A DNA stretch of 63,953 bases, the filler included, from Sluysia triapertura (lineage: Eukaryota), in NCBI GenBank assembly GCA_046118255.1. It is 4 parts of 4 records of this genome, joined end to end, with 100 filler letters (N's around TTAATTAATTAA, not from the genome) between each part and the next. Parts side by side here need not be neighbours in the genome. Positions count along the whole stretch, not along the records: positions 19,193 to 39,421 come from JBJNIA010031050.1; positions 39,522 to 52,015 come from JBJNIA010103876.1; 2 more parts are not named here. One strand, given 5' to 3'. Positions 27,509 to 42,060 of the stretch are shown here, in pieces. The position numbers were made by a program, and so were the translations under genes. The notes beneath the pieces were generated by a model. The model saw only the letters and a program-made list of their open reading frames with translations, was not told where the DNA came from and ran no database searches. Position 1 is the stretch's first letter, and each line of letters opens with the position of its first letter.

Positions 27509-30500
27509 ATCTGATGGTAGTATGCCTTTTGTTGGTCATTCTACAGCAGCTCAGTTGTTCGATTACAAGTGTCTACCACGTCATATCCAGTTTCTGACCC
27601 ATTTTCCAATACCTCAAAATGAAGATTTCTCACAAGATCATAATTTACGAGCTCATAAACTTTATCATTCTAACCGTAATCGTACTAACCATGATTCTGT
27701 TATTAAGCGATTAACAAAAGATATCATTAAATTGTTTTCTAGACGATCTTACTGTGTTGAAATTATCACTGCAGATAAATCCACGAAAAAGAAACGTAAA
27801 GAGGATATTGCAAATTTAAATTTCGAAAAAGATTTAGATTCCTTATTACACAGATTTAAATGTTTAAGTTATTACGACATGGAATGTGTTTTAACTCAGG
27901 TTGGACCGTTTTGCTTACAGACTTTGTCTCAAAAGTTGCCTAAACAGCAACAACTGACTTCAAGTACCAGTTTGTTTCTGCCAAATCCAAAATCAATCAA
28001 CTTTTTGCTCAATTGTTATGATATATCAACTAATTATCAAAGTCTTATTAAATTTATAGATGAATCTCTTGAGCTTATTCACCAGCTCGATGCAGCAATT
28101 CGCCATTTACCATTATCAGCAGTTTCTTCAGCTCAGAATCCTTATTTATTGACTCGAATCACGAATTACACCCTTAATTTTCATCTATCTTTGATAGGTT
28201 CTTTGATAAAGCATCAAAATGTCCTCTTGATGTTCACTGAACCTAGAAAAAGAATATTTCAGAATTTTTTCGTCTTTCTCAACTCGGCAACTCGTCCACC
28301 ATACAATATTCACGATGGTTTCAGATGTAACATTGTCTACACCAATTATTTAATTAGAGCTTGTTGTGTACTTCAAACACAACCAAATAGTCAACCATTT
28401 CTACGCTTTTTTAACAACTCCCATTATCGAGCTCCTAACTGCGTCAATTTAGAGCGGTCTCGATCGCCAGCTAAAATTGAATACATCGAACAATTTGGTG
28501 CTGAAGAAATTAAATCTGTGTACAACTTACCATTGGATAAAATACAAAACTTTCTTAATGAATTTCAAACAGTTTATCACACGAATCCCAGCCACAAGTT
28601 CAGTTTTGTTGTGAATTCGATACTGGCACTAGTTAACAAAACGAACAATTCATCTGATTATTTGAGTAAATTGTTTCATTTGTTGGTAGAATCTGTTGGT
28701 TTCGTACCTGGACTTTGTTCGGAATGGTTATCTGGTTTAGCATCTCTTATGATGCCGTTTAATTGTTGTCCTGGTTATGAAAGATTTAGTGAATGCTTTA
28801 AATCATTAATATCCAGTGACAATAATCCTTCTGAATTTTATGAAAACGTTTCTTTACTTATAGCTACAATGCTAGCTCGTTCTTGTTTTTCTTTTTTCGA
28901 TTTTCTTACGAAAGTGGTTTGTGTTGCTATGACTCGGATAATAGATGACAACCAAAGCGATATTTCAAACAGCATCGAGTCTACAATTCGTTTTGCTGCC
29001 TATATCATTTATAGATTGTTTACACTCGACTCAGGTAATAGTTCTATTTTACCTGAATGGGATATATATCTTTTGAAATTGTCGTTACAAAAAGTAGTCA
29101 TTGAACGAATTGTGGATCTTCTCAAAATTTTGTCTTTTCCAATCGAACGTAATCTTCCTGGTTTAGCTTCATCTCAGTTGCATCAACAATTGGATTCGGA
29201 AAAAAACATTCTCCATCTTAATACAGCTTCTCTTGCTCTCAAAGTTATGCGTGAAATTTGCTGGACACCATGGATTCGACAAAGATTTGTAATGTGCTCA
29301 GCTAATAATTTAATTAGAGAAAATGTAATGCTTGATAAAAATATTTCATCAAATCAAGCTAAAAATATTCTTGGTATTATATACAATCCTTGTCATTATC
29401 AATGGAAATCTGTTGCAGACAATTCTAATGAACATATAACGTCGGAAGCTTTCAAGAATTTATCCATCTGGACATTAAATTTTGATCAAATGAAAATACA
29501 ATTGTGCTTGGTACAATTACCTACAAACAGTGATAAACGAAACGAACTATTTGCAAACATTTCCAGAAATATAATTTCTAATTTTCAAACTAATGCAGAA
29601 AACTATCAATTTAAAATTAATTCCAATCAAGATTATACAGAAGATCTTTATCCATTCGAAAACAATTTTATGAATAATGCTAACATTAATCAACATAAAT
29701 TATGTCTTGTTAGTGATATAAATTCATCTTACTTAATACCAATAATGATTCAACGACTTTCATTTGAATTCAAACAATATATTGCTGCTGCAACAGCCGA
29801 GAAACTGGAATCAGTAAAACATTTTGCTACTCACAAGAATGCACAAGATAAAGAAAAAGATCTCATAAAAAGTTCTGTAGTTCTCAATTATCCTCCATTT
29901 ATTTTGCTATTAGGGTACTGTTTGAAGACAAATTCTGACGATCAAAATTCTTCTAATTTCGGTAATACAAATTCCAATAATTTTACGTCGACGGGTTCTA
30001 ATTGTTATGCTGGAAGTACGTACAAGTTGGATTTTTTGAAGTCCCTTTTGGAACAAATTGAAAGTTTTGTTGAAAATGCTCGTGAAACTGATAGAATACC
30101 TGATGACTTACATATTCGTAATTTAATTCATTCAAGTCTTCGTAGTCGATTAGTTTTGTTGGGTATGTTATGGGATCGAGTGTTGGATTCGTTTGAATTA
30201 ATAGGAGATTGGTGCTTGGTTTTGAGCAAGTTGATTGCATGGGGAGTAGTAGAATTGGTATCTGACAACCATGGCGACCTTTATTATACAGTACTAGATA
30301 TGATTGGCTGGTTAGTACATGCAGTGCACGGGTTATATGGTGGAACACGTTTACCACAAGTCATGAAACGATTACGAAAAGAAATTGTTGGCGATCGCGT
30401 GAGTAGTTATGAAGGAGTGGAATTGCTGCGATGTTATTTATGGCCGTGTATTAAGTGCCAGTATGATGTAGTAGTTTGTGAGCCTCTTAGAGTTGGTGTT

Positions 30501-30539
30501 AATCGTGTTGGGATCATGGGTGGTGGTCCTACTGGAAAA
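27509..30539 (+). CDS. MED12: MED12 coding exon 2
   Basis: Acceptor TTGCAG|A; 3031-bp open exon with RHIQFLTHFPIPQ, LCSEWL and SLRSRLVLLGMLWD motifs; donor AAA|GTTAGC, phase 0. Confidence 0.9.
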
Positions 30540-31989
30540 GTTAGCATTTATTCATTGTTATATTATAATATGAACATAATGACATAGTAATATCTTGCAA
30601 TTACACAATTAATCTTTTTAACTAATATTTAAAGTTTGTTTAAATATTTATAAAACCATTGTACAGTATAATTCGAAAGTTTTTACTTTTATTTTATAAA
30701 TAATTTTAAGAATATAAATTTCTTGCTATGGCAGAAAAAATAAAAGTAAGGTCAGTGATCAAACTTTTGATCAAATTTAGAAATTCAACAGTCGATCAAG
30801 AAGTTCAAAATTAATCTTGTTTATAGATAAACTATTTGTAGATAGATAAACTCATTTAAGAGGATTAAGTAGATTTTCAATTATAGGTGAAAAATTATCG
30901 GCAAAGGCAAAAAAATAGTCGATACAAGCAGAAAGATAAAATCAAATATCACAATCTATATTTGTATGTAGATATATACATAAATTCTTTATAAAAATTA
31001 TACATAAAATAAAATAAAAGGCAGGCTAATCTTAAATAAAATAACCTGTAAAATATCTTTGCATTTTTTCACGCGTTGACGGACGGTTATAGCAGTAATC
31101 TTAAAATCTTTATGCATGCCTTGCCCGTCAACGTGTAATAAAATCTCGGTAGTTTTAAAGGAAACTATTATGTCCTGAAATCGAAATTAAAAGAAATAAA
31201 AGAAAAACAAATGTGAATTTAATACAATTAATTAGCAAATTAGGGAGGTTACGGACATGCTCTAGCACCAGAACAGCGGAAAATCCTACATTTTGTTAAA
31301 ATAGAAATGAAGCACAAACTAATACCAACAAACTTTTAACCTCAAAGGGAAGTTATATTAAAAAATTAATGAATTATAATATGGCCAAACATTTATTAAA
31401 GACAAAAATTAATGAAAGATGGAATTGGTCAAACTATCACAAAAGATTTATGTAACTGTGGAAAGGAATTAGAATTTAATAGAATATAATACAATTTAAC
31501 AGAATTTAAAGATAGAAAGGAATAGATTTGAGAAATTTATTGGGTCAAACAGTGTTTCCTACCTACAATGGCATACGGCGCAATCATTATTTAAATCTAT
31601 TTGACAGATATTTTGGTTTAGTTAATATTGATTTTGGATAATTTAAATTTACAGTTAAAATATATTCAATTACATCAGTCCTTTTATTATTTTCTTGGTA
31701 ACTTTATTAGTAAAAGTTACTTGATAAAAATGTTCTTGTATTTAAATTTATATTACATTTCAAAATTTTATTTCCATTAACAATTCATCTCCACGAAAAT
31801 AATTATAAACTATTTTGATCGATTTATTTTACAAAGCGAATATTCGTAATATCAACTCCGATTTAAAGAATAAAATTTTTAAAGTTAAAAGAAAGAAATA
31901 TTTATAAATAAATTTGTAACTTAAGTAAAGTTACACCACAAAGTAAAACAAAATGTTTTATAACATATTAACATTTATTAATATTTCAG

Positions 31990-33132
31990 ATTTTATCAGC
32001 TGAAAAATTGGGAAAGGAGGGTTGTAGTTTAATACGAAAAGAACGTTTAAGTCCTTGGGAAGTGATTGAGGGGGTTCGAGGATTGTTTCCATTATCGTGG
32101 TTTGCAGGAGTTACTTGTGGCGAAGGAGCTGGATCTGCATGGATTTTACCGTATGAAGAACAAGCCCAATTGCTGATCGGACATACTCATGGCTTAATGG
32201 ATGGCTATTCGTCATCTCGCAAAACTTCTGCATATTATATGAGTGCTTTAGAAGTAATTCAAACACCCGACGAAGTCGTTACAGTTCCAGGGCCTAATGG
32301 CTGTATAAATCAGCATTCTGATTTGGGAAGACATACTCCAGGTGGTACTAGCAATGGACCTACAAGTATTCCTCCTACTACATCTGTCGCAATAGAATCA
32401 GTTTCTCTACCAACCCCATCATCGTCAGGCCCTACACCGTCCAAAAAACCAAAGCGTTCTAAACGGTCACAACAATCAGCATCATCTACACCTCACCCTA
32501 CACAAACTCCACCAAACAATATGAATTTAACACCAACAGTAGTTGTTCCCATGTCAATGCAACAACTTGGTCCGGTTACTACGATGGGCATGTTGAATTC
32601 ATCGTCAGTCGTCAGTGCTCCTGCACCACATTATTCTCTTCATGGAATTTCACACCAATCTCACGTAGCATCCATGATGATGCGCGCGCCTCAACAAGGT
32701 CCCCATATGGAACCTCCACAACCACCATCAATGAGTAATCAATATTCTGCAGTCCAAGCACCACCTGTATACGGATCCCAGAATAGTCGTTTATCTAATC
32801 CATCTATTCGGTTATCTGCTAGTAACAATCAAGGTATGAATGCTGGCCGGAATACTAGTGGAACACCTAGTAACAATAGCAATGGTTCTATCAATCAAAA
32901 TCTCAAAAACAAGTTGCAACAACGACAACCATCGTCTGTTCAACAGCAGCCAGAATTAGTTACTTTTCCACAGCAGCACGTACAATACTTACAACATCAG
33001 CAAAAGGGTATGATGCAAGGAGGTATAGGACCACCACCACCTTATCCTCAATCATCTGACGAAATTCTTAGTTATATGAATATGGCACCACAGTCTCAAA
33101 ATCCTGGGATAAATCCTAATATGCCTATGCAG
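31990..33132 (+). CDS. MED12: MED12 coding exon 3
   Basis: Acceptor TTTCAG|ATT; SPWEVIEG...PLSWF motif followed by a P/Q/S-rich region; donor CAG|GTATTT, phase 0. Confidence 0.88.
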
Positions 33133-33676
33133 GTATTTTATTTCAAGATTTATTTTTAAGTGCAAAATCATAAAATCTATTTATTTTTAACCTATTAATT
33201 CTTTTAGTTCATTAATAACCAAATTACGATGAATACATATTATTTAAATATTAAACGTAATTATATTATTTCTAAAAATTGTTTAAAAGAAATCTTATCG
33301 ACACCATTGGGTCAAAACAGTGTTGTCAATGTTTATTTTGTTTATGTGGATAATCGGTAGTACACAGGCAATCGAAAATTCAGAATTGATTTTATTATTT
33401 ATTAGAATTTAATATTTATTTTCTACTTTATTATTTGTGAAAATATAATGGGAATGGAATCATATCTATTTCTCTTCAAATGTGTTAATAATTGATTTTA
33501 TACTCTATCCTTAATTATATAATTATACGAAACATTTAGTGAAAGTTTTCACCGAAATAAAAATTACTAATACATTCTCTAAAAATTGGTTATTATTTTT
33601 AAACGTTACAAATTCATCATTTTTATAATGCAAAGAAAATAGTTCTGTATAAATTGAAATATTTTTAAATTTCCAG

Positions 33677-33988
33677 AGTCGAATAATTCCTTCGGGTTAT
33701 TCAGGAGGTGCTACATTAACACAAATGGGTTCTAGTGGTAATTTAGTGGGTGTAACTGGAGGAGGAACAACATTGGCATTTAATCAGAATGTAATGCACC
33801 AAGGTGGAGTACGAGGTCCTACAGTCATGGCAACAGTATCACAACAAACCGGTCACAATATGCCTCAACCACCACCTCAATACGCTGTAGCTACTATGCA
33901 ACAACAGCAACAACAGTCAAGAATGCATGGTCCAGGTGGTCCGTCATATGGTCATGGACATATGTATGGTGGGCGTCCAAATTTTTAA
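33677..33988 (+). CDS. MED12: MED12 terminal exon (Q-rich tail)
   Basis: Acceptor TTCCAG|AGT in frame with the 33725 ORF; poly-Q; TAA stop. The four exons total 6312 nt = 2103 aa, a plausible MED12 length. Confidence 0.82.
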   Translation, partial: SRIIPSGYSGGATLTQMGSSGNLVGVTGGGTTLAFNQNVMHQGGVRGPTVMATVSQQTGHNMPQPPPQYAVATMQQQQQQSRMHGPGGPSYGHGHMYGGRPNF

Positions 33989-36900
33989 TTTGTAAATAAT
34001 TAAACTTGTTTTTAATTGTGATAAATGAAATATACGAAATTGTTTTTTTAATTAGAATATTCATTGTTTATGAAAACAAGCCAAAAAAGAACTCTTATTT
34101 ACCGAATTGATTTAATGTATTAAAATTCCATCGTGACTTATTTATTTCATTATGATTTATATGTTACGTTGACATTCAATTTGGCTATTCAATATTCGTT
34201 GATAATTAGCTTAAATAATTATGAATAAAAGATCTAGCGGTGTTTTATACTTATACAATTTAAAGCACTATTAGGTAAACAATAAATGTTAAATTCAAAA
34301 AAGGTATTTTATCTATCAAAGTTACGGAAACGTTTTAATGGAAACGCATAATGTGTTGTATTAAAATTGCGGCGGAATATTTTCATGGAAAATGAATTGA
34401 CAGCTTTATTTTCCAATCATTTTATGTAAGATAGAAAGTTGACTCAGATATAAAATCTAGATAATTAGGCTTTAATACGGTATAAAATCTTGAGTTGGTA
34501 ACAATTATTTTTTTGTTTCAAAAGCTTATGCTTCTATTTAATAGAAAGATGCATACTCTAGCCAATAAATCTTGGCGTGTTAGTAATATATAATATCGAA
34601 CTTGTATTTCGACTAACTAATCTAATATGTAATTATTAAATTAAGTGATGTTTGAAATCAAATAAAATAGTTTTTGATCCATTTAAGACTTATATAAATT
34701 ATTATGATACAATAGTAGAAAATATTTTTTAATCAATTTTTATCTTACTGAAATCTAGTACACGATCTCGTAATGGTCTAAGACTCGGATTAAAAAAGAA
34801 CTCTCTAATTTAAGTTATTTATCATAGTAGGTAAATAGTGAGAAAAACAAGCCATTAATTTTAGGACGTCTAATTAATAATTCAAATAATACAAATCTTT
34901 TTACGAGTGCATTTAAAAATAATTAGTCGTGAAGACTTTACTCACTTACCATCTTACTCTAAAAGTAACAAATCAAGTTATTCAGTAAAATATTTAAAAA
35001 TATAAAATGTTTTTGATGAAGTTTATCAATAACTTTCCAGAATCTTTAATTAATTGTATTCGAATGTTAACAAGTTAAAAACATTGTAGGAAAATTGGCT
35101 TAAATTGACACACTTTTATATCTCAATTAATTACTGACACACATCAATATCAATTGTGACTATATAATTTTATATTATTTTGTAAATAATGATATTGATT
35201 ACTTAATTTTATATTATTTTGTGGATATCAATTTATATTATTAATTGACTTTATTATTATTTCGGAATACTAAAAATGTAACTATTATTGAATATCTAAA
35301 TATTTTAATATTCTTGGTATTTAATATTTTAATTAAGTGTTTAAATATAATAAATCAAATTTGACCAAGGCCAATTTAAAACAAATATAAAGCTTTGAAA
35401 AAATACACTATCCACACAAGCAATCTTAACACAAATTAAGCAGATACTCATTTTTTCTAACGCAACATTGTTGACTACGATCCCGCTTGCGTTTCACATC
35501 TTGAATAATTCTGGTTCTGGAAAAAGAATTACAACTCACTTAAATTGATCTTGGCTCTTTCATAAAATAATTGTAACGTTAATTCATTTATTAAGATTTT
35601 GATACTAAATAAGTATCCACGTAAAATACAGGTAAACTATCAATTGTTAAAACTTTTAGAAACTTTTAATAGTTTCCCGAAAAATCTATTTTTAAAATTA
35701 CTTTATTCTAAGAATTAACTACTAGTTAATTTATGATTCTATTGCTTATATTTCATTTTGTAAATATAAATTGCCAAAAAAGAGTTTTCATAATTGAACA
35801 GATACTAATTTCTATAGTTTTAAAATTTATAAAATCATCCGTATAGTGAAGTTTTATTCAGAGTATAATTCTGAAAACGCAAAAGCATTTGTTTTGAAAT
35901 CCTTTTCATAGGATTTTCGTAAACTATATTACAACTATATCATTGCTATTAAATTATATTTAAAATACTTCCAGAGCTCAACTTAATTTGACTAATAAGC
36001 ATTTAGGAAAGCATTGAGATATATTTTTAATCTTTTCAATTGCAAAAATCCAATGCCTAGCGCTAACTGCTAAGCCTGGTACGTTAGTATACTCACGTAA
36101 AAGTTTTACTTTATTCTATAAATCTTATTCTATAAAATTCTCACAAAATGTTATATTCAAATGACATATATGTAGGGATAATTTTCATTTTGATGTATTG
36201 TATACATTTGATTATTAATAAATTATGTTTGATGTATCAAAACTGTCTTTTTGTTCAGATTTTTAACAAAGCAACGCGTGAATGAGTACGTACAGCTAGT
36301 AAATTATATATTTTACTTTCTTTCATATTTTTTATTATAAGATCCAAAATTCATATAAGGAATTACACCATTATTAGTCTTTTTTAATTGTACAATAAAT
36401 GTACAAATCAATAAAAATTATTTAATATTTCAAGTGCCTAACGATGAATTCCCTAAGCCAAAATCACATGAATTATATAATACTAAAAATAAAACTATCT
36501 TTTTAAAAACAAAAGTATACGAATATTTTTAAAACCAAAATGTTACTTCCTTAAGTATGAATCATAAATAAAATGTGCTTGTTTCAGAAACACCGACATT
36601 GACTACATGAAAATGAATGTAAATAAGAGAATCGGAAAATCAGTGAGCTAAACACAAATTATAAGAGTTAACCATGATTGTAAATGTCATTGGATGAAAA
36701 TAATCAATCATTTTCTCACAGTTATTATAAATTCGAACTAGTTTTATTTACAATTTTTTATGCTTTTGATTTAGTTTAAAAAAGTAATTTCAGCTAAACA
36801 AAAAATGTTTAATTTCCTCAAAAAGTAAAAAGAAACCAAAATATTCAAATTATTAAGCAAAAAATATCCAAATTAGTAGCGATAAGGCACGCTACTAAAT

Positions 36901-37378
36901 ATAGTAATTCATTTAAAACTTAATAACAATGTTTGAAAGTTTTCCAAGGTAGTCTAGAATCCACACATTCATCTATTAGAGATTATCATTCCAAAAACAA
37001 AAGTTAAAGTACAATTTGTTAGAAAACATAAAGAGGTAGCTGCAAGGTCAGGTGTACTAAGAATGTAAACGCTCAAAATGAGCACTATTAACATAAAACG
37101 TTAACTTCTAAAATTCAAGTTAGAAAGAGTGATGTGAAAATAAAACAAAGGATACATAGTCATCCAAATGAACTACCATTAGCATCAATTCTCGAGGAAG
37201 TTCGATGTTAAAAATGAGAGTACACCATCAATTATTTCAGAAAGACAAGCAGTACTCGTAAAGTGAATGAGCCATTTTAAAATATTTTTCGCATTTCAAG
37301 AATCATAAAACATTACTTAATTGTACTTGTCAAGTACTTTCAAGTACTCGGGATTTCAAGCAACTTTTGACAAACACC

Positions 37379-37438
<60 letters not shown>

Positions 37439-38847
37439 CGAAAATGCTAATATTTCGTGTTTTGTCTTTTCTTTTAAAATGTTCATCATCTTCAAAACTA
37501 AAATTTTCAATTCCATCATTAAAATCGTCAACATCCAATGTAAATTTGACTTTTCCATCAACATCTTTATAATTATTCAATTGAATTCCTCCTATATCAT
37601 ATTTCTTCTTAAAACTAACATCTAATTTATCTGCAGAATTAAATTTAACATTTTTAGAAGCCGCCGTTTTTTTGGGACGAAAAATTTTAATAAGCTTATT
37701 AGGATCTTCTCGTAGTTTAACACCAATTATTCGAGGAGGATGTTTAAAGGTCTGTGATCGATAATTTTCAACTTCTGTTGGTGATTTCGATCTAAAAAGA
37801 TCATTAGGTTCGTGCTTATTAAATGACATTTGTTTGACCATTCTACCCATCCACTCTTGGCGATTATGATGAGTCATCTGATCATCTACATCTCTTCTCG
37901 TAATTGACATTTCAAGCATCTGCATATCCGGTACACTTACGTGCCCTACAAATTCATCTTGAAATTTAACTCCACCAACTGAAGCCATACTGGAAACCCG
38001 ATGAAGGTCTTCACTTGCCAAATCCATAAAACTACTCCAAACCCTTTTATATGTTTTTAAACGTACATCTTCTGTGTCACCTTTTGCAAAATCTTTGAAA
38101 ATCATTGATCCGTGATCTGATGCTATACTTTGTGCTTCCAAAATACTTTGATTACGAGCTAATTTCACAACTGATGAATGAGATGTAAATCTTTCCAAAG
38201 ATTTGGATGCCATAAACCATTTCTTTAAATAACGATTATTTAAATATGTGTACTTTCGTTCCCATTTCAAACGAAGACTCGAAGAATCAATTATCGCTTT
38301 GACACCTTCTTTAGAACGTTCAGCAATTTTTTCCGACAATTTTTTGAACAATGTGGTTTGTTCATGACCTTCTAATGGTATTTTCAAGATTTTAACCATT
38401 GGTTTAATAGTAATACCTAATATATACACGGAAAAAAATACCATTATAGCAGTCGCATTTCGATAATAATAACGATTTTCAAATATTTCTTCCAAGGTGT
38501 ATGCCAATGAGAATCCGATGGCACCACGTAAACCACCATGTGCTTGAATTAATAATGCTTGGTTATAAGATAATTTGTTGCGTCGAAAAATATTGATAAT
38601 TGATCCTAATAGATAAATGACAATGTAACGTGACACGTAACAAATCAAAATTAGATAAAACGAAAAACCGACATCAGTAAATTTTGAAATACCGTTTTTC
38701 GAAAATGAAGTAATTCCCATCAAAATGAAAATGAAACCTTCTGCTAATAAACCAAGTTGTGTAAGAAGACTCTGTATTTGTATTTGACTGGTAAATGACA
38801 AATTTGCTATCACATATTGACGTTGAATTAAAACACAGAAAAACAAT
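37439..38847 (-). CDS. SLC9A/NHE-type Na+/H+ exchanger, large exon with C-terminal TM helices and cytosolic tail (5' exons missing at the 39422 join)
   Basis: Acceptor TTTAG|A at 38847; YVIANLS, AEGFIFILMG, GGLRGAIGFSLA and GITIKPMVKILKI motifs of the NHE family. The 3' end is uncertain: a weak donor G|GTTATT lies just before an (ATT)n run. Confidence 0.88.
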
Positions 38848-39421
38848 CTAAATAAAAAATTTGACATTTAGCAAATGGTAGATGAATTTTATTGGTTAAT
38901 GCTAATTTAAATTGTCTCAATATTTTTCCATTTATTAGACAAATTAAAATCATACTTTCTAGTAAAAGATAGGATATTACTACAATATTTTTCAATTATT
39001 TAAATATATTATTTTCATCATTTAACATTCATATTTACAAAACTTGATTATAGAAAACTTATAAAATATTCTACTGAGAATAAAAAGCATTTATTAACAT
39101 CTTGTAGTATTCTGCTTTGTTAAAAAATGCTTCTTTACATTCAAAATTATAAAATTATTCTTAAGTGATTTGTATAAATCCGAAAAAACATAATATAATT
39201 ATTTCTTTATTTATTTTAAAAATTTATTTAATTTTTCATTAGTTTTATGAAAAGAAAATTATTTTAGATATTGACTTTACGGTTTGTATCGTAATTAGTT
39301 TTGAACTCCTTTCTGATAGTAGATGAGGAAGTGTTACTAAAATCAACCCTTTCACTACCAAACCTTTTTGGTCCCATTTTATAATATTAACTTAATTGGC
39401 TAATAACTTATGGCCATGGCA

Positions 39422-39521
39422 NNNNNNNNNNNNNNNNNNNNNNNNNNNNNNNNNNNNNNNNNNNNTTAATTAATTAANNNNNNNNNNNNNNNNNNNNNNN
39501 NNNNNNNNNNNNNNNNNNNNN
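39422..39521. other. Artificial contig join
   Basis: Same 44N-TTAATTAATTAA-44N spacer. Confidence 0.95.
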
Positions 39522-39625
39522 CAATAAAAATTTATCTTTACAATCATTGGTCAATATTTCTTCATCGTTAGGGTTATATATAGCTACACCAATTTTAATA
39601 AATGATAATAGTGACGATGATGGTG

Positions 39626-39682
<57 letters not shown>

Positions 39683-41979
39683 TAACTTCCCTAACATTAC
39701 CTTCAAGATCTCTATTAAATATCCTTTTATCCAGTTCGCGTAATAATAATAATGATAATAAAAATAAAAGTAATGATGACAATAATAATAATCCAAATTT
39801 GCTCAATATTAATCTTTTGATAGCTGTGTCAAAATTACCGTCGTGAGCATCATTATTGTCATTATCAACATCATAATCTAATTTAAAATTACCCAAATCT
39901 TGCACTGATAATAATAATAATGAAAGTAATAAGCAAGTGAAACATTTACTTAAAAACGAAACTTTGTAGGCTTTTCAAGAACGAAATGAATAAATGGGTT
40001 GATCGCAAGTCACAAAAACTCATTCTTCAACAAATTTGTGTTTTTTGTTTTGAAGTTATTCATTGTATTGTTTTAATTTTTTAAATTTAATCGTTTTAAT
40101 AAAAAAAGTGAATTAATTCTATGAAAATATTATTCATTCAAACTTATTTTATAATTTAAATCACTAAATAAATAAATCAATACATGCAAAATAAGAAAAC
40201 GTCAAATAGAAATGATTTCAGCATATTGATAAAATAATCATTTAATGCTTTTAGTTTTACTTCGCTTGTCGCTAAAAATTTCTACAATGAAATTACATCT
40301 AAATACAATGTCAATAATTTAAAGTTAGCTCTTAAATTTATAATCCTGGCCAGCTTTGCAGTATTATTGACAAATGGGAAATGTATAGCAGACGATAACT
40401 CTGACTTAACTCTAAGATTTATATTTTATTTTTCAATTATAGTTTCGTGCTTTTTCACTCCCTTTATCAAGAATACAAACGAAATAATGAAATATGGACA
40501 TTTAATACTACTTCATTATGATGTTGTATTATCACTTATTTTATTATAAATGCTACCGAAAATGATTAGTTTCGATTTATGCTGACAAAATTTTGCCATT
40601 CCTTAAAGTAAATTTTCTTGTGTTTTGTATGGCCAGTCTTAGTTTTAATTTACTAATGAGTATTTTTCTCATATCATACGGATTCATATTATTCGCTGCA
40701 TTTTTATTATGACTAGAGACATTTTTATCTGATAAACAAAACATAGATTTTAATTTAAAATATTCAACCTATACAACGTATAATATAATTCATTTGCCAA
40801 CAAGAAATTTTGATGGTTTAGGAAACGCATCATCTGAATATTCACATGCTGTGACTCTTTTACAGTTCAATTATCATGAGTATTTTTGCAAATTTTTTTG
40901 TCTTATAATAAACGTTTAAATCTTCTTGATATGTCGTTAAAATTCTTGTTTTTTAAAAGGCATTAAGTCTACTTTGTTAATTGTTATTTAAATTATTGTT
41001 TAATTGTTCTATATTAGTTCAAATTTTTAATATATTTAATAAACTTTAAAAAAATAAAAAAGAAACTTAATAAATTTATAAAACAAAAAAATTTGCATTC
41101 AATATATATGTCATGGTAATAATAATTGTGAATGTAGTTAGAGTTGTCGCCAAATTTCTGTGTAAGTTATGCTTATCAAAGGTGTTATACATGAAAATTT
41201 AGACTTATTTTTCCCAGTCTAATAATTTCGATTTAGAAGAATATGTTTATATAATGATGCTTAAACTTGAAAAAGTTTTCATGCACAAATATCAAAATAA
41301 ATTTGTTAAATGTGTTTTTTAAAGTATTATTCAAAAACTTGTAAAGGATTATTACTATGAGAGATAGCAAATAAAATATTAATAATTGTTGTAGTTTTCT
41401 TAAAGCTAAACCTACAACAATATAAAATTAAGCTGGGTCGGTCACAGAAAACGTCTCTGGAACTTGATAAGCTAATAATTTTACTAAATTTATTTAAAAA
41501 TACGATTAGTACGTTCTTAACTTAATGATTTTTAGAGGGTCCTAAAATTTAAGTAAAAGAAGTTTATATGCTTAACGATTAAAAGTCACAAAATTTTATT
41601 AGAAATCAATAAAGAAAGAATAAATCAATACGAAACAATAAAAATTCATATAATTTAAAATTAAAATTCATTTGAATATTTAATCTTACTATTTGATTTA
41701 GTTACAGAAAATTCCCCTTAGTAGATCGTGGCAAAATATTTATATTACTTGGAAAGGTAAAAATTCCCTATAAAAATAATTTACCGCATTCATGGAAATA
41801 AGAATCTGTTTGAAGCGTAATCTACTGTTGATTGTTGAAAATACTTAAGCAGGATGACTAACAATGGATACCCAAAATGGAGTTGATATAATCGTAGCCA
41901 AAGCAGCTAAACAATAAAGCAAGTAGAAAAAGTAGTTAAAACAAAGTAAATGGTAAAATAATGAAATTGATGCTAGTTT

Positions 41980-42060
41980 ATATACTAGTCATCAACCAAT
42001 AGAAATTGATAGAATGTTCTTTTCTATTTTTAGTAAGGAATTTCTTTTTTAGAAAATAAG
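41980..42060 (+). repeat. Dispersed repeat also present at positions 1-110
   Basis: Shared ATATAyTAGyCAkCAACCAAT and TTTCTATTTTTAGTAA blocks; class unknown. Confidence 0.5.

Noticed and set aside
36268-36300. Helitron 3' end (GCAACGCGTG...CAGCTAGT); similar at about 1551-1583
   Set aside because: The hairpin is degenerate and no matching 5' end was found; too weak to call.
39474-39905. Overlapping poly-N/poly-L/poly-Y ORFs on both strands
   Set aside because: Driven by (AAT)n low complexity with no recognisable domain; the coding strand, if any, cannot be determined.
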